A DNA stretch of 64,000 nt, from NCBI GenBank assembly GCA_020628865.1, contig JAHDEJ010000028.1, forward strand, positions 398-64,397, in the 5' to 3' direction. Positions 1-10,604 of the stretch are shown here, piece by piece. The notes below the pieces were generated by a model. The model made no database searches. It was not told the origin of the DNA and worked only from the letters and a program-made list of their open reading frames with translations. Source of the DNA: Acidimicrobiales bacterium. Lineage in GTDB: Bacteria; Actinomycetota; Acidimicrobiia; Acidimicrobiales; SHLQ01. Position numbers and translations under genes: made by a program. Numbering within the stretch: position 1 is the first letter of the stretch; the number at the start of each line of letters is the position of its first letter.

Positions 1-607
1 GAAACGCGACACAGTTGATGGTGTTTTCGATGCCAGCGAACTCCGAGTAGGCGAGCCTCGAGTAGGCATCGATCGCGGTGTGGATGTGGGTGTAACCGAG
101 GCCTCGTTTGGCCATTGACCCGTTCCGGGTTCCCGTCCGGCCATGCACCCGATGGCCGCCCCCGTCAGGGATGCGGGCGAGTTTCTTGACGTCGATGTGG
201 ACGAGTTGCCCGCAGCGGTCGGTTTCGATACGTCGGATCACGCGTCCGGTTGGCCGATCGATCCAGGACAGCCGGTTGAGGCCGTGACGGACCAGAACGC
301 GGTGAACAGTCGACGCGGGGACGTTCACGACGCCAGCGAGGCGGGCCGGTCCGAGCCGCTGGGATCGGCGGATCGAGATGATGCGTTGTTCGAGTTCGGG
401 CGGGGTTTGGTGTGGGCAGGTGTGTGGTCGTGATGACCGGTCCTCGAGCCCGGCCGTTCCTTCGTTGCGGTAGCGGTGCCACCACTTGTGCGCGGTTTGT
501 CGTGACACGTTCATTGACTCGGCGGTTGCGGTGATCGACCAGCCAGACTCGATCCGGCGGACAAGGCGAAGCCGCCCTTGTGGGGTGAGCGGGGCGTTAC
601 GGTGCAT
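1..607 (-). CDS. IS481-family transposase (partial, absent from ORF track)
   Basis: Hand translation from ATG 607: MHRNAPLTPQGRLRLV...VSRQTAHKWWHRYR...GLEDRSSRP...LVHIDVKKLARIPDGGG...HTAIDAYSRLAYSE (HTH plus rve DDE). Confidence 0.92.
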   Translation of the reverse strand, partial: MHRNAPLTPQGRLRLVRRIESGWSITATAESMNVSRQTAHKWWHRYRNEGTAGLEDRSSRPHTCPHQTPPELEQRIISIRRSQRLGPARLAGVVNVPASTVHRVLVRHGLNRLSWIDRPTGRVIRRIETDRCGQLVHIDVKKLARIPDGGGHRVHGRTGTRNGSMAKRGLGYTHIHTAIDAYSRLAYSEFAGIENTINCVAF

Positions 608-706
608 CAGAGCCTTCCTGGGGAGCGTGGTTCCTAGACAGCTCCACACTCGCTCAGGAGGCTCACCCCTCACACAACTACGTCAACAACGTCCCAAGAC
701 ACAACA
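1..706 (-). mobile_element. IS481-family insertion sequence, left end; runs off window start
   Basis: Minus-strand end 5'-TGTTGTGTCTTGGGACGTTGTTGAC at 706 (TGT terminus typical of IS481), followed by a transposase ORF. Confidence 0.85.
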
Positions 707-740
707 TCTAGGGGTCAGAGCCCTTTGGTACGTTCTTCGG

Positions 741-1457
741 ATGGAGACTTCGGAGTACCTTGCTCACCTTGGGACCGAGAGCCAGTCGTTCATCGACGCT
801 GCGCTCGCCGCGCCGGATGCAGCCGTGCCGCAGTGCGGCGACTGGACCATGAGCGACCTGGCCACCCACACCGCCCGCGTGTGGACCATCGCCACCGTCA
901 ACGTTGAAGCCGCCAGCGCCGATCCCACCCCGCCCGGCGATGCACCCGAAGGAGCTCCCGCCGAGTGGCTGCCGGCCATCCGTCAGCGGATGCTCGACGT
1001 GCTCGGCGCCGCCGACCCCGCCGCACCGGCGTGGTCCTTCGCCTCGGCCTACCAGACCGCCGGATTCTGGCAGCGCCGGATGACGCAGGAAACGCTCGTC
1101 CACCGATGGGACGCCCAGTACGCCGGTGGCGCCCCGCAGCCCATGGACGTCGACCTCGCCCGCGACGGCATCGACGAATACCTCAGCGTCGGCCTCCGCT
1201 TCTCCTCGGCCCGACCCAACCGCACCTACCCGTCGACCTCCCTCCACCTTCACTGCACCGACACGGACGGCGAATGGATGCTCGTCGGAAACGACGGACC
1301 GGAAGTCACCATCACCCACGAACACGGCAAGGGAGACGCGGCCGTTCGGGGTACCGCCGAAGCCCTCCTGCTCTGGATCTGGAACCGGCCCGGCGGCGAC
1401 ATCCAGATCTTCGGCGATGAAGCGGTCGCCTCCACCTGGCAACAACTCGCTCCCTGA
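741..1457 (+). CDS. Maleylpyruvate isomerase family mycothiol-dependent enzyme (MDMPI/DinB fold)
   Basis: VPQCGDWTMSDLATH, FWQRRMTQETLVHRWDA, DGIDEYL motifs; TACGTT 6 nt before ATG 741 suggests a leaderless start. Confidence 0.85.
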   Translation: METSEYLAHLGTESQSFIDAALAAPDAAVPQCGDWTMSDLATHTARVWTIATVNVEAASADPTPPGDAPEGAPAEWLPAIRQRMLDVLGAADPAAPAWSFASAYQTAGFWQRRMTQETLVHRWDAQYAGGAPQPMDVDLARDGIDEYLSVGLRFSSARPNRTYPSTSLHLHCTDTDGEWMLVGNDGPEVTITHEHGKGDAAVRGTAEALLLWIWNRPGGDIQIFGDEAVASTWQQLAP

Positions 1458-1511
1458 CCCGATGGGCCGAACGGCCCTCGGACCCTCCTCCCCTCCGCCG
1501 ATTGGAGGGGC

Positions 1512-3479
1512 ATGTACAAGGGACAGATCTTCGGCGCGGCTGCACTCCTTCTCGTGCTTGCGATTGCGGTGGCCCTCAGCGGTGAGTCTCGCGACGCGTC
1601 TGCTGCCATCAACCACCAGGGACTCGTGGACCCCGCTCCGCAGACGGGCTGGCCCGTCATCCTCGGCACACCGACGATCACCAGCTTCGAGAACGGCTGC
1701 GAGGACGGCTGCGAGATTCCGCGTGAAACCCTGGCCGTCGAGCACATCGGCGACCACATCATCTCCGGCGGCAACTTCCAACACGTCGAACTCGCCGACG
1801 GCACCGTCATCGACCAACCCCACCTGTTGATCGTCGACGCCGACACCAAGGAACCCGTCTGCACCAGGATCGACGTCAACGGTGAAGTCCTGGCGATCGC
1901 TCCCGGACCCACCGACAGCACCCTGGTGGTCGCCGGCCGCTTCTCCCAGGTGACCGGAGCCGACGGCAAGGCCCGCCCCCGCAAGCGCATTGCACTCCTC
2001 GACCTCGACCTGTGCCGGGCCGACAAGAACTGGATCATCGGTGGCATCGATGCCCGGGTCACCGAGCTCGCCGTTCACGAGGACCGACTGTTCATCGGTG
2101 GCGACTTCGAGACGATCGACGGCCGCATCATCGAGCACATCGCCGAGGCCAGCCTGACGACCGGTGAGATCGATCCGACGTTCAGCCTCGACTTCCAGGG
2201 CGAAGTCTCGAACCCGATCGTGGCGCTCGGTGTCAATGCCGACGGCAGCCGACTCCTCGTCGGCCATCGGACCGCGTGGATCTCTGGCGCCGCCCTCCGC
2301 GGCACGGCGGTGATCGACATCAGCGACCCACTCAACGGACCGACGGTCACCCCGCATCGACTCGAGGAAACGACGATCGCCGCCTCGAAGTACTGGCTCA
2401 TCCAGGACGCGGCCATTTCGCCGGACAGCAGCCACATCGCCATCGTCCAAGGCACCGTGACAACGGGCGACTACGTCCACCTGGTCCCCACCACCGAGGC
2501 ACCAGGCCAGATCGCCTGGGCCCACTTCATGCGCGACTCCAGCTTTGGTGTCGGCGTGTCCGACAGCGCCGTGTACGTGAGCGGCCACTTCTGCAAGATC
2601 GACGAAGGCCCGGGGATCACCGAACCCGGCACGCCACTCAACGGGTTCGACGGGTGCACCGGCGCCATCGAATTCGACGGGGGCGTCTGGCGCTCACAGC
2701 TCGCGGCCCTCGACCTGACCGACGGTACTCCCCTCGACTGGAACCCGGGATCGGATGCCTTCGTTGGCGGCCGCGTGGTCACCGTGACCGACCACGGCCT
2801 CCTCATCGGCTTCGATGGCGAACTGTCCGGAGGCGTCCGCACCGGCACCACTGCCTTCTACCCGATTGCCGGCAACCCGATCGACCCGGGTGATCCCGTC
2901 GACCCGGTGGACCCGGTCGATCCCGTGGACCCCGTCGATCCGGGCGTGCAAACCTGCACCGCCACCATCGACCAGGGCGGCATCAGCCTCGAATGGACCG
3001 CAATCGAAGGTGAAGACGTCTACAACGTCCGCGAGGGCGGAAGCTGGCGGGCGACCGTCGGCACGCTCGGCTGGACCACGACGATCGGCGACCCGGCGAA
3101 CGAGTGGACGGTGCGCAGTCGCACCGGTGGCGTCACGACAGACACCCCATGCGACTTCGGAGACATCGATCCCGTGGACCCTGTCGATCCGGTCGACCCC
3201 GTCGACCCCGTCGACCCGGTTGTGCCGGAAGTGAACTGCACCATTGCCGTGAACGGCGAACAGGCAACCATCACCTGGTCGGCGATCGAGGGCGAGGATC
3301 TCTATCAGGTTCGACGCCGCAGCGACGACGCGGTGACCTTCAAGTGGGTCGCCGAGGTGTCGGGCCTCGAGTACGTCGATGAACCGGGAGCCGGCGAGCA
3401 CTCCTGGCAGCTCCGCAACCGCATGGACGGCGTCACCACGACGCACGACTGCACCCCGGACCCCGTGGCGGTGGGCTGA
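1512..3479 (+). CDS. Secreted beta-propeller protein with DPV linkers and two C-terminal Ig/FnIII-like repeats
   Basis: Signal peptide; GGxF blade motifs (GGNF, AGRF, GGDF, SGHF); two homologous Cys-bracketed domains containing W.AIEGED.Y.VR. Confidence 0.65.
   Translation: MYKGQIFGAAALLLVLAIAVALSGESRDASAAINHQGLVDPAPQTGWPVILGTPTITSFENGCEDGCEIPRETLAVEHIGDHIISGGNFQHVELADGTVIDQPHLLIVDADTKEPVCTRIDVNGEVLAIAPGPTDSTLVVAGRFSQVTGADGKARPRKRIALLDLDLCRADKNWIIGGIDARVTELAVHEDRLFIGGDFETIDGRIIEHIAEASLTTGEIDPTFSLDFQGEVSNPIVALGVNADGSRLLVGHRTAWISGAALRGTAVIDISDPLNGPTVTPHRLEETTIAASKYWLIQDAAISPDSSHIAIVQGTVTTGDYVHLVPTTEAPGQIAWAHFMRDSSFGVGVSDSAVYVSGHFCKIDEGPGITEPGTPLNGFDGCTGAIEFDGGVWRSQLAALDLTDGTPLDWNPGSDAFVGGRVVTVTDHGLLIGFDGELSGGVRTGTTAFYPIAGNPIDPGDPVDPVDPVDPVDPVDPGVQTCTATIDQGGISLEWTAIEGEDVYNVREGGSWRATVGTLGWTTTIGDPANEWTVRSRTGGVTTDTPCDFGDIDPVDPVDPVDPVDPVDPVVPEVNCTIAVNGEQATITWSAIEGEDLYQVRRRSDDAVTFKWVAEVSGLEYVDEPGAGEHSWQLRNRMDGVTTTHDCTPDPVAVG
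2883..2942 (+). repeat. 9-bp tandem repeat encoding a (DPV)n linker
   Basis: GAYCCSGTS units visible in the sequence. Confidence 0.9.
3168..3221 (+). repeat. Second 9-bp tandem repeat encoding a (DPV)n linker
   Basis: GAYCCNGTN units. Confidence 0.9.
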
Positions 3480-3503
3480 CCTGACGCCTGCAAGAATCGG
3501 GGC

Positions 3504-4733
3504 ATGACCGAGCTCGATCTCACCTTCGTCCGCTCCCAGTTCCCGGCGTTCTCCGAAGCGTCACTCGAGGGATGGGCGTTCTTCGAGAACGCCGGCGGTT
3601 CGTATGCGTGCCGTCAGACGATCGACCGCTTGACGCGCTTCTACACCGAAACCAAGGTCCAGCCGTACGCCCCGTACCCGGCGTCCACGCAGGCCGGCAA
3701 CGAGATGGACGACGCCCATGTGCGGCTCGCCGCGCTCATGAACGTGGGGGACGACGAGCTGCTGATTGGCCCGTCCACGTCGCAGAACACCTACACGCTC
3801 GCCCACGCCTTCCGGGCCGGTTGGGACGAGGGCGACGAGCTGATCGTCACCAACCAGGACCACGAGGCGAACTCCGGTGCGTGGCGGCGACTTGAGGCCA
3901 CGGGCATCACCGTGCGCGAGTGGTCGGTCCACCCCGACACCGGCGTGCTCGATCCGGCTGACCTCGCCGAACTGCTCAACGACCACACCCGGCTGGTCGC
4001 CTTCCCCCACTGCTCGAACATCGTCGCCCACATCAACCCGGTTCGCGAGGTGTGCGACATGGTTCGTGCGGCCGGGGCGGTGTCGGTCGTGGACGGTGTG
4101 TCCGCGGCACCGCATGGCCTGCCCGACGTCGACGCGCTCGGCGCCGACATCTACCTCTTCTCCGCCTACAAGACCTGCGGGCCCCACCAGGGTGTGATGA
4201 CGGTTCGGCGCTCCGTCAACGACGGCCTGGCCAACCAGAGCCACTGGTTCAACGAGGGCAGCATCCGCAAGCGCCTCGTCCCGGCCGGGCCGGATCATGC
4301 ACAGGTCGCCGCGTGCAACGGCATGGCCGACTACATCGACCTGCTCCACGAGCACCACTTCGACGACGGCGCGCCGGCGGCCGATCGGGGCCGACGGGTG
4401 CACGACCTGATGCGTGCGCACGAGACCACCCTCGTCACTCCCCTGCTCGAGTACCTCGATGGCCGCGACGACGTCCGCATCATGGGACCCGCAGACCCGA
4501 CCGTCCGAGTCCCGACCGTTGCCTTCGTTCCCGACGGTCATGCGCCATCTGCGGTCGCCTCCCGATTGAGCGAACATCGGGTCATGGCAGGTGCCGGAGA
4601 CTTCTACGCCGTTCGCCTCATCGAAGCGATGGGCCAACCGGCGAGCGAAGGCGTCGTGCGGCTCTCGTTCGTGCACTACACGAGCCCGGCGGAGATCACG
4701 CAGGCGATCGAGGCGCTGGAAGCCGTCCTCTAG
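3504..4733 (+). CDS. Class V PLP aminotransferase / cysteine desulfurase-like protein
   Basis: FENAGGS, DHEAN, VVDGV, FSAYKTCGPH (PLP lysine), VRLSFVHY. Confidence 0.88.
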   Translation: MTELDLTFVRSQFPAFSEASLEGWAFFENAGGSYACRQTIDRLTRFYTETKVQPYAPYPASTQAGNEMDDAHVRLAALMNVGDDELLIGPSTSQNTYTLAHAFRAGWDEGDELIVTNQDHEANSGAWRRLEATGITVREWSVHPDTGVLDPADLAELLNDHTRLVAFPHCSNIVAHINPVREVCDMVRAAGAVSVVDGVSAAPHGLPDVDALGADIYLFSAYKTCGPHQGVMTVRRSVNDGLANQSHWFNEGSIRKRLVPAGPDHAQVAACNGMADYIDLLHEHHFDDGAPAADRGRRVHDLMRAHETTLVTPLLEYLDGRDDVRIMGPADPTVRVPTVAFVPDGHAPSAVASRLSEHRVMAGAGDFYAVRLIEAMGQPASEGVVRLSFVHYTSPAEITQAIEALEAVL

Positions 4734-5431
4734 GTGGCGCTGAACGCCGCTTCGTCGACCAGCACCGTGGCACGGGCCTGCGTGGGCAGCGTCGCCGGAA
4801 TCGCCGGGTCGGCGTTCAGGTACTGCGACAGCGCCGGGCCCTTGTCTTCACCTGCGATCACCCACAACTGGTGCTTGGCCCGATCCAGCACCGGCCAGGT
4901 CAGCGACAGTCGGCGGCGCCCGTTGTAGACCTCGGTCGGCGCCACATCCCGATCGTCGACCGCAAGAATCGGATCGTCCGGGATGAGCGACGCGGTGTGT
5001 CCGTCGCTGCCGAGCCCGAGCTGCACCAGATCGAACACCACGGGAGAGCCTGCGATGCGATCGACCGTGGCTGCGTAGTCGCTGGCCGCTGCGTCGAGGT
5101 CCTCATCGGTCGCGGGCATGAGCCAGACTCCGCCCACGTCGTGCCGAGACCGGAACGAGTCGGTGAGGAGCGCCTCATCGAGCATCGTGGCGTTGCGGTC
5201 CGGGTCACCGTCCGGTGCCACCCGTTCGTCGACCTGAAAGAGATGGATGCGTTCCCAGTCCACACCCGGCCGCTCGGCAAGCACCTCCAGCATCCGTCGC
5301 GGCGTCGAACCGCCCGAGATCGCGAGCGTGAAGATGCCACGTTCGTCGATCGACTGATTCGCGATCTCGACGATCACATCGACCGCCCGCTCGGCGAGCG
5401 CTTCGCGGTCCGCCACCACCTCGAGCATCAT
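4730..5431 (-). CDS. pgl: 6-phosphogluconolactonase
   Basis: [25 protein letters not shown]; directly downstream of zwf. Confidence 0.9.
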   Translation of the reverse strand: MMLEVVADREALAERAVDVIVEIANQSIDERGIFTLAISGGSTPRRMLEVLAERPGVDWERIHLFQVDERVAPDGDPDRNATMLDEALLTDSFRSRHDVGGVWLMPATDEDLDAAASDYAATVDRIAGSPVVFDLVQLGLGSDGHTASLIPDDPILAVDDRDVAPTEVYNGRRRLSLTWPVLDRAKHQLWVIAGEDKGPALSQYLNADPAIPATLPTQARATVLVDEAAFSAT

Positions 5432-6810
5432 GCGTCGGGTATCCCTCCGAAACGCTCCGCCTCCGCCGGACCCCACGAACCGGCCGGGTACGGCAGGACC
5501 GGATGGATCGGTTCGAGCATCGGCTCGACGATCCGCCACGCCTCCTCGACACCATCCTGACGAGCGAAGAGGCGCTCATCGCCGATGATGGCATCGGCCA
5601 TCAGCCGCTCGTAGGCGTCGGGGCCGTCGCCACCGAGTTGCGCTTCGTAGTCGACGGTCATGTCGACTGCACGGCTCACCATCTCCATGCCCGGCACCTT
5701 CGCCTGCATCGAGAGCGTGATGTTGTCGTCCGGCTTCATCCGGAAACGCAGACGGCTGGGCTCCGGACACTCGTCGACGTCGGCGAACAGCATGCTCGGC
5801 GGCTGCTTGAATTCGACAACCGCCTCGGTGACCGTCTTCGCCATCGACTTTCCGGCCCGGATGTAGAAGGGCACGCCGGCCCATCGCCACGAGTCGATCT
5901 CGATCTGCATTGCGGCGAAGGTCTCCGTGTCCGATCCCGGCTCGACGCCCTTCTCGTCCTGATATCCCTCGACCTGCCCGCGCACGACCAGCTCCGGGTC
6001 GAGCGGCTTCATGGCACGGAACACCTTCACCTTCTCGTCCCGAAGCGCCCCGGGGTCCTTCGACGACGGCGGCTCCATTGCAAGCAGCGCGACCATCTGC
6101 AGCAGATGGTTCTGCACGACATCACGGATGGCACCGACCTGGTCGTAGAAGGCGCCGCGACCCTCGATGCCGAATGCCTCCGCCATCGTGATCGTGACCG
6201 ACTCGACGTGATGGCGGTTCCACACCGGCTCCAACAGCGAGTTGGCGAAGCGGAACACCATGAGGTTCTGCACCGGCTCCTTCCCGAGGAAGTGATCGAT
6301 GCGGAAGATCTGGGACTCGTCGAGGTGCTTGTGCAGCGTGGCGTTCAGCTCCCGAGCGCTGGCGAGATCCCGACCGAACGGCTTCTCGACCACGACCCGA
6401 CCCCGATCGGTCATGCCCACGCCGGCCATGCCCTCGACGACGTCGTCGAAGAGGCTCGGCGGGATGGCGAGGAAGGAGACCGGCACCTTGGCCCCCTCGG
6501 TGAGCTCGGCGACGCGGGTCCACGTGGACGCGTTCGTGTAGTCGCCTGAGAGGTAGCGGAGACGGGAACACAGTGCGTCGAGCGCATCGCCGTCAACGTC
6601 ATCGCCGAGCTTCTCGACGACGGACTCGCGGGCGCGGTCCCGCAGATCGTCGTCGCTCCAATCGCTTCGGGCGATGCCGACGACTGGCATGTCGACCCGA
6701 CCCTCGCGGGTCAGCTCGTAGAGCGCAGGAAAGAGCTTCTTGCGTGCGAGGTCGCCGGTGGCGCCGAACAGCAGGAAGGCGTCCGCCGGTGCCGGGGAGG
6801 CGTCGGTCAT
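5428..6810 (-). CDS. zwf: Glucose-6-phosphate 1-dehydrogenase
   Basis: [44 protein letters not shown]. Confidence 0.96.
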   Translation of the reverse strand: MTDASPAPADAFLLFGATGDLARKKLFPALYELTREGRVDMPVVGIARSDWSDDDLRDRARESVVEKLGDDVDGDALDALCSRLRYLSGDYTNASTWTRVAELTEGAKVPVSFLAIPPSLFDDVVEGMAGVGMTDRGRVVVEKPFGRDLASARELNATLHKHLDESQIFRIDHFLGKEPVQNLMVFRFANSLLEPVWNRHHVESVTITMAEAFGIEGRGAFYDQVGAIRDVVQNHLLQMVALLAMEPPSSKDPGALRDEKVKVFRAMKPLDPELVVRGQVEGYQDEKGVEPGSDTETFAAMQIEIDSWRWAGVPFYIRAGKSMAKTVTEAVVEFKQPPSMLFADVDECPEPSRLRFRMKPDDNITLSMQAKVPGMEMVSRAVDMTVDYEAQLGGDGPDAYERLMADAIIGDERLFARQDGVEEAWRIVEPMLEPIHPVLPYPAGSWGPAEAERFGGIPDA

Positions 6811-6811
6811 G

Positions 6812-7825
6812 TCAGTCCGCCTTCTTCTCGTGATGACCACCGAATTCCTTGCGCATGGCCGACAGCACCTTGTTCGCGTACTCGTCGTTGTCGCGGCTGG
6901 CGAACCGATCGAACAGCGAAGCCGAAATGACGGATACGGGCACACCCAGCTCGACGCCGGCCTGCACGGTCCAGCGACCCTGGCCGGAATCGGACACCCG
7001 ACCCTCGAATGCTTCCAGGTCCGGATCGTTCGCAAGCGCGTGGGCGGTCAGGTCGATGAGCCAACTGGCGATCACCGAACCGCGTCGCCAGACCTGGGTG
7101 ATGGCGGTCGTGTCGAAGTCGTACTGGAAGTACTTGGGATCGCGCAGTGGCGACGTCTCGGCGTCCGCCTGCCGCTCTTCGGTACCGGCGTCGGCGCCTT
7201 CGAGAATGCCGAGCCCTTCCGCGATCGCCGCCATCATTCCGTATTCGATGCCGTTGTGGATCATCTTGACGAAGTGACCGGCGCCGTTGGGTCCGCAATG
7301 CAGCCAGCCGGCCTCGCCCGGGCGTTCGGGACCATCATCGATCGTGCGCTCCGCCGCAGCCATGCCCGGAGCGAGCGTGGCGAAGATCGGTTCGAGGTGG
7401 GCGACGGTATCGTCCTCACCGCCGATCATGAGCGAGAAGCCCCGCTCCTCGCCGTACACCCCACCCGAGGTGCCGATGTCCACGTAGTGGATGCCGCGTT
7501 CGGCGAGCTCCTCGGCCTTGTCGACATCGTCCTTCCAGTTCGAGTTGCCGCCATCGATGATGATGTCGCCGGCCTCGAAGTGCTGGGCGACCGCGTCGAC
7601 GGTGGAGCCCACGAAGGCCGCGGGCACCATGACCCAGGCGATCCGGGGCGCCTCGAGTGCTGCGGCGAACTCCTCGAGGCTGTACGTGCCGACGGCGCCG
7701 TCCTCGACGATCTCGTCGACGGCCTCCGAGCTGATGTCGTAGGCGACCGTCGTGTGGCCGCCCGCCATCAGGCGACGGGAGAGTCCTGCGCCCATGCGAC
7801 CGATGCCGACCATTCCTACCTGCAT
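6812..7825 (-). CDS. gnd: Decarboxylating 6-phosphogluconate dehydrogenase (short form)
   Basis: [39 protein letters not shown]. Confidence 0.95.
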   Translation of the reverse strand: MQVGMVGIGRMGAGLSRRLMAGGHTTVAYDISSEAVDEIVEDGAVGTYSLEEFAAALEAPRIAWVMVPAAFVGSTVDAVAQHFEAGDIIIDGGNSNWKDDVDKAEELAERGIHYVDIGTSGGVYGEERGFSLMIGGEDDTVAHLEPIFATLAPGMAAAERTIDDGPERPGEAGWLHCGPNGAGHFVKMIHNGIEYGMMAAIAEGLGILEGADAGTEERQADAETSPLRDPKYFQYDFDTTAITQVWRRGSVIASWLIDLTAHALANDPDLEAFEGRVSDSGQGRWTVQAGVELGVPVSVISASLFDRFASRDNDEYANKVLSAMRKEFGGHHEKKAD

Positions 7826-7921
7826 TGCGAATCCTCTCGTCGGGGGCCTGTGAAACCCATCATGGCCGCAACTGCTTCCCCGGGTGGGCGTTTGCGCCGG
7901 TTCATCGTCACGCTTGACGTC

Positions 7922-8752
7922 GTGTCGAGTTCTGCACCGGAAGAGCCGGTCCTCACCTGCGAAGTCGCAACCGACCTCGCAGAACTGGTCTCCGTCCTGC
8001 TCTTCGAGCACGGTGCGCTGGCGGTCGGCGAAGAACCGGCCGGCGACACCGTGCTGCTACGCGCCGGGTTCTCCACCGAGGCGGAGGCTCGTGGCGCGGC
8101 GGAAGCGATTCGGTCGTGGACCGTCGCCGCGGTCGACATGGTCGCCCCGACCTGGCAGGACGAACAACGCGTCGGCCTCGCCCCCGTCCTGGCCGGCGAG
8201 TGGTTCGTCACCACGCCCGAGTCCGATGATCCGGCGCCACCCGACACGACGCACCTGCGAATCGACCCCGGTCGCGCCTTCGGGCACGGGGCCCACCCCT
8301 CGACCCGCCTCCTGCTCGAGTTGTTGCCAGCGGCGGTGTCGCCGTCCGATCGGGTGATCGACGTCGGAACCGGAACCGGCGTGCTCGCGCTCGCCGCGGC
8401 GAGTTGCGGCGCCGCAGTGCTTGCCGTCGACGTCGATCCGGTGGCCGTCGAGTGCGCCCGGTCGAACGTCGATCGAAACGGCACCTCGGGATCGGTGCAG
8501 GTCGCCCTGGTCGACGGCGGTTCGATGCCGGTCGTCGAGAACCACGATCTGGCGTTCGTGAACGTGACGATCGACCAACACCGCCGGATCGCCCCGTCCT
8601 TGGTCCACGTTTCAGACGTGCTGGTGTCCGGTCTCCTCGAGCACCAATTCGAGGAGGCGTGTTCGCTGTACGACCGCCGGGTGAAGGCGACGCGACGGGA
8701 CGATGGTTGGGTGGCGGCCTGGTTGAGCGCCGGAGCGACCGACGGCGGCTAG
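7922..8752 (+). CDS. prmA: Ribosomal protein L11 methyltransferase-like (start approximate)
   Basis: IDPGRAFGHGAHPST, VIDVGTGTGVLA, VDVDPVAV. Confidence 0.75.
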   Translation: MSSSAPEEPVLTCEVATDLAELVSVLLFEHGALAVGEEPAGDTVLLRAGFSTEAEARGAAEAIRSWTVAAVDMVAPTWQDEQRVGLAPVLAGEWFVTTPESDDPAPPDTTHLRIDPGRAFGHGAHPSTRLLLELLPAAVSPSDRVIDVGTGTGVLALAAASCGAAVLAVDVDPVAVECARSNVDRNGTSGSVQVALVDGGSMPVVENHDLAFVNVTIDQHRRIAPSLVHVSDVLVSGLLEHQFEEACSLYDRRVKATRRDDGWVAAWLSAGATDGG

Positions 8753-10413
8753 AAGAGACCCGGGTCGTCGGCCAGCAGGAACCAGAGACCGACAGCAACC
8801 ATCACGACGAGCAGACAGATCGCGATCGCAAAGGCGAGCTGGGCGAACCACGTGGGCGCGTAGGTGGAGGACTCTGCGGATTCTTCCGCAAGCGATCGTT
8901 CGCGATCGAGTTCGACCCGACGCCGGTCCCGCTGCACCCGGCTCTCGGCCTTTTCGACCGCCCGCTGATGACTGCGGAGGCGACGCTGTCGACGCCGGAC
9001 CTCGCGGCGACTGAACGAGTCCGCCGGTTCAACCTGGTTGGCCGCCTGGTCTGCGATCAGCGCACGCGCCTCGGCGGCAATCTCTTCCTGCGTCTTGCGT
9101 CCGGCCGCATCTCCGAACGGCACGGGGAGCATGTCGTCCGAGGGAGCCTGCGGAGCGAAGGAGAAGGTCGGGCCCGCGTCCTTCTCGGTGGAGATGGTCG
9201 GCGGAGGTGTGACAGGCGGGGCCGGAGCTTCCGGAGCGACGCTGACCAGCCGGGGGTAGTCCGTCGGTTCCTCGGGCGCCGCAGGTGCCGGCGGCGCGGG
9301 TGTTTCCTGAACTTCGATGTCGGGAAGCGGCACGACGTCGGTCTCGAGCGACCGGTTCGGCCCTTGCCAGACAGGCCACTCGTGGGCGGTCGCCTCGGTC
9401 TGCAGCTCGATGACCTCGGCGAGGCCATCAGACTCCGCGGACCGATGCTTCGAGGGAGCGTCGGCGATGTCGACGACCACGGCGTCTGCCGCAGACAGAT
9501 CGCCGAGACGCGACTCCACGGAGATGACCTCGTCGTCCGAAGATGCGTCGTCCTCCTCAACGTCCTCAACAGCCAGCTCAGGATCCGCCACGTCCTCAAC
9601 AGCCAGCTCAGGATCCTGAGCGTCGGCAGCGGGCTCCTCCGCAACGGCAGGATCCGGGTGCAACTCGAATTCGTCGCGCTCGGGCTGCAGGGAGTTCGAC
9701 GCCAACGCCGCGGCGATGATCGGAGAGACCTCGTCACTGGTGAAGGGCGCGATGGGCGCGATCTCGATCGTCTCTTCGGCGAGCTCCGGTTCCGGCCGTC
9801 GAGCCCGTTCGACCCGCTCCAGAATCGCCGCGCGACGTTCCTCCCAGTCGCTGCCGGCCAACGCTTCGGTCGCAGCGCCGAGCTCGTCCGTTGCGGAAGC
9901 CGAGGCGCGGTATTCGAGATCGATGGGAGAGTCGGTGATGTCGACGACGAGCTCACCATGCTCCATCGATGGCGGCGGCGGAAGTGTTCCGTCCGACGCC
10001 TCGGAGGCGAGCAGCTGATCCGAGAGGGAGGACGCCCCCAGCAGCGATTGTGCAGCCGACTCGAGGTCGGCCATCGCCGCTGTGCTGATCGACGCCAGCA
10101 GCTCGTCGTCGCTGCGAAGGCGTGCGGTGAGGGCTTCCACGCCGCGCCGTTGTGCCGCGAGGGCGGAGCGTTCACATGCATGCAGGTTCACGTGCAGTTC
10201 GTGTTCCGCCGAGCCGGTGGGGGCGACGACGATGGCATCGCCGTGCAGCCCGCGGAGGCGGCGGGCGTCGGTCAGGAATTCACCGGCGACCCGGGCCATG
10301 TCGGCCGTGTCGGCACGATCGTTTGCGGCGAGCGTCGTCGACAGCGCACGGAACGAGGCGAGGGATGGCAACGCCGCATGCTGCGCCGCCGCAGATTCGG
10401 TGATGTCCGTCAT
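8749..10413 (-). CDS. Hypothetical acidic low-complexity protein with C-terminal transmembrane anchor
   Basis: Long ORF, GC3-biased codons, hydrophobic C-terminus. Confidence 0.6.
   Translation of the reverse strand: MTDITESAAAQHAALPSLASFRALSTTLAANDRADTADMARVAGEFLTDARRLRGLHGDAIVVAPTGSAEHELHVNLHACERSALAAQRRGVEALTARLRSDDELLASISTAAMADLESAAQSLLGASSLSDQLLASEASDGTLPPPPSMEHGELVVDITDSPIDLEYRASASATDELGAATEALAGSDWEERRAAILERVERARRPEPELAEETIEIAPIAPFTSDEVSPIIAAALASNSLQPERDEFELHPDPAVAEEPAADAQDPELAVEDVADPELAVEDVEEDDASSDDEVISVESRLGDLSAADAVVVDIADAPSKHRSAESDGLAEVIELQTEATAHEWPVWQGPNRSLETDVVPLPDIEVQETPAPPAPAAPEEPTDYPRLVSVAPEAPAPPVTPPPTISTEKDAGPTFSFAPQAPSDDMLPVPFGDAAGRKTQEEIAAEARALIADQAANQVEPADSFSRREVRRRQRRLRSHQRAVEKAESRVQRDRRRVELDRERSLAEESAESSTYAPTWFAQLAFAIAICLLVVMVAVGLWFLLADDPGLF
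9560..9616. repeat. 27-bp exact direct repeat, period 30 (DPELAVEDV x2)
   Basis: acgtcctcaacagccagctcaggatcc at 9560 and 9590. Confidence 0.9.
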
Positions 10414-10604
10414 GCTTGCCCTTCCACACGTCTACCCAGCCGCTGGCACAGTGTACGCGGTGCCACTGGAATGGAGCCAATTGCCACTCTGAGTGAATTT
10501 GCACGTCAGATTGCCTGATCGGCTCAACAAAACGGGATACAACACGGAGCAGCGGATCGCCCCAGCGGCTCATCTGGACGCTGCGCCGGCCGAAGTGAGG
10601 AACC

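Noticed and set aside
2883-3221. Short repeats as a possible CRISPR array
   Set aside because: In-frame coding repeats without spacers; no cas genes in the window.
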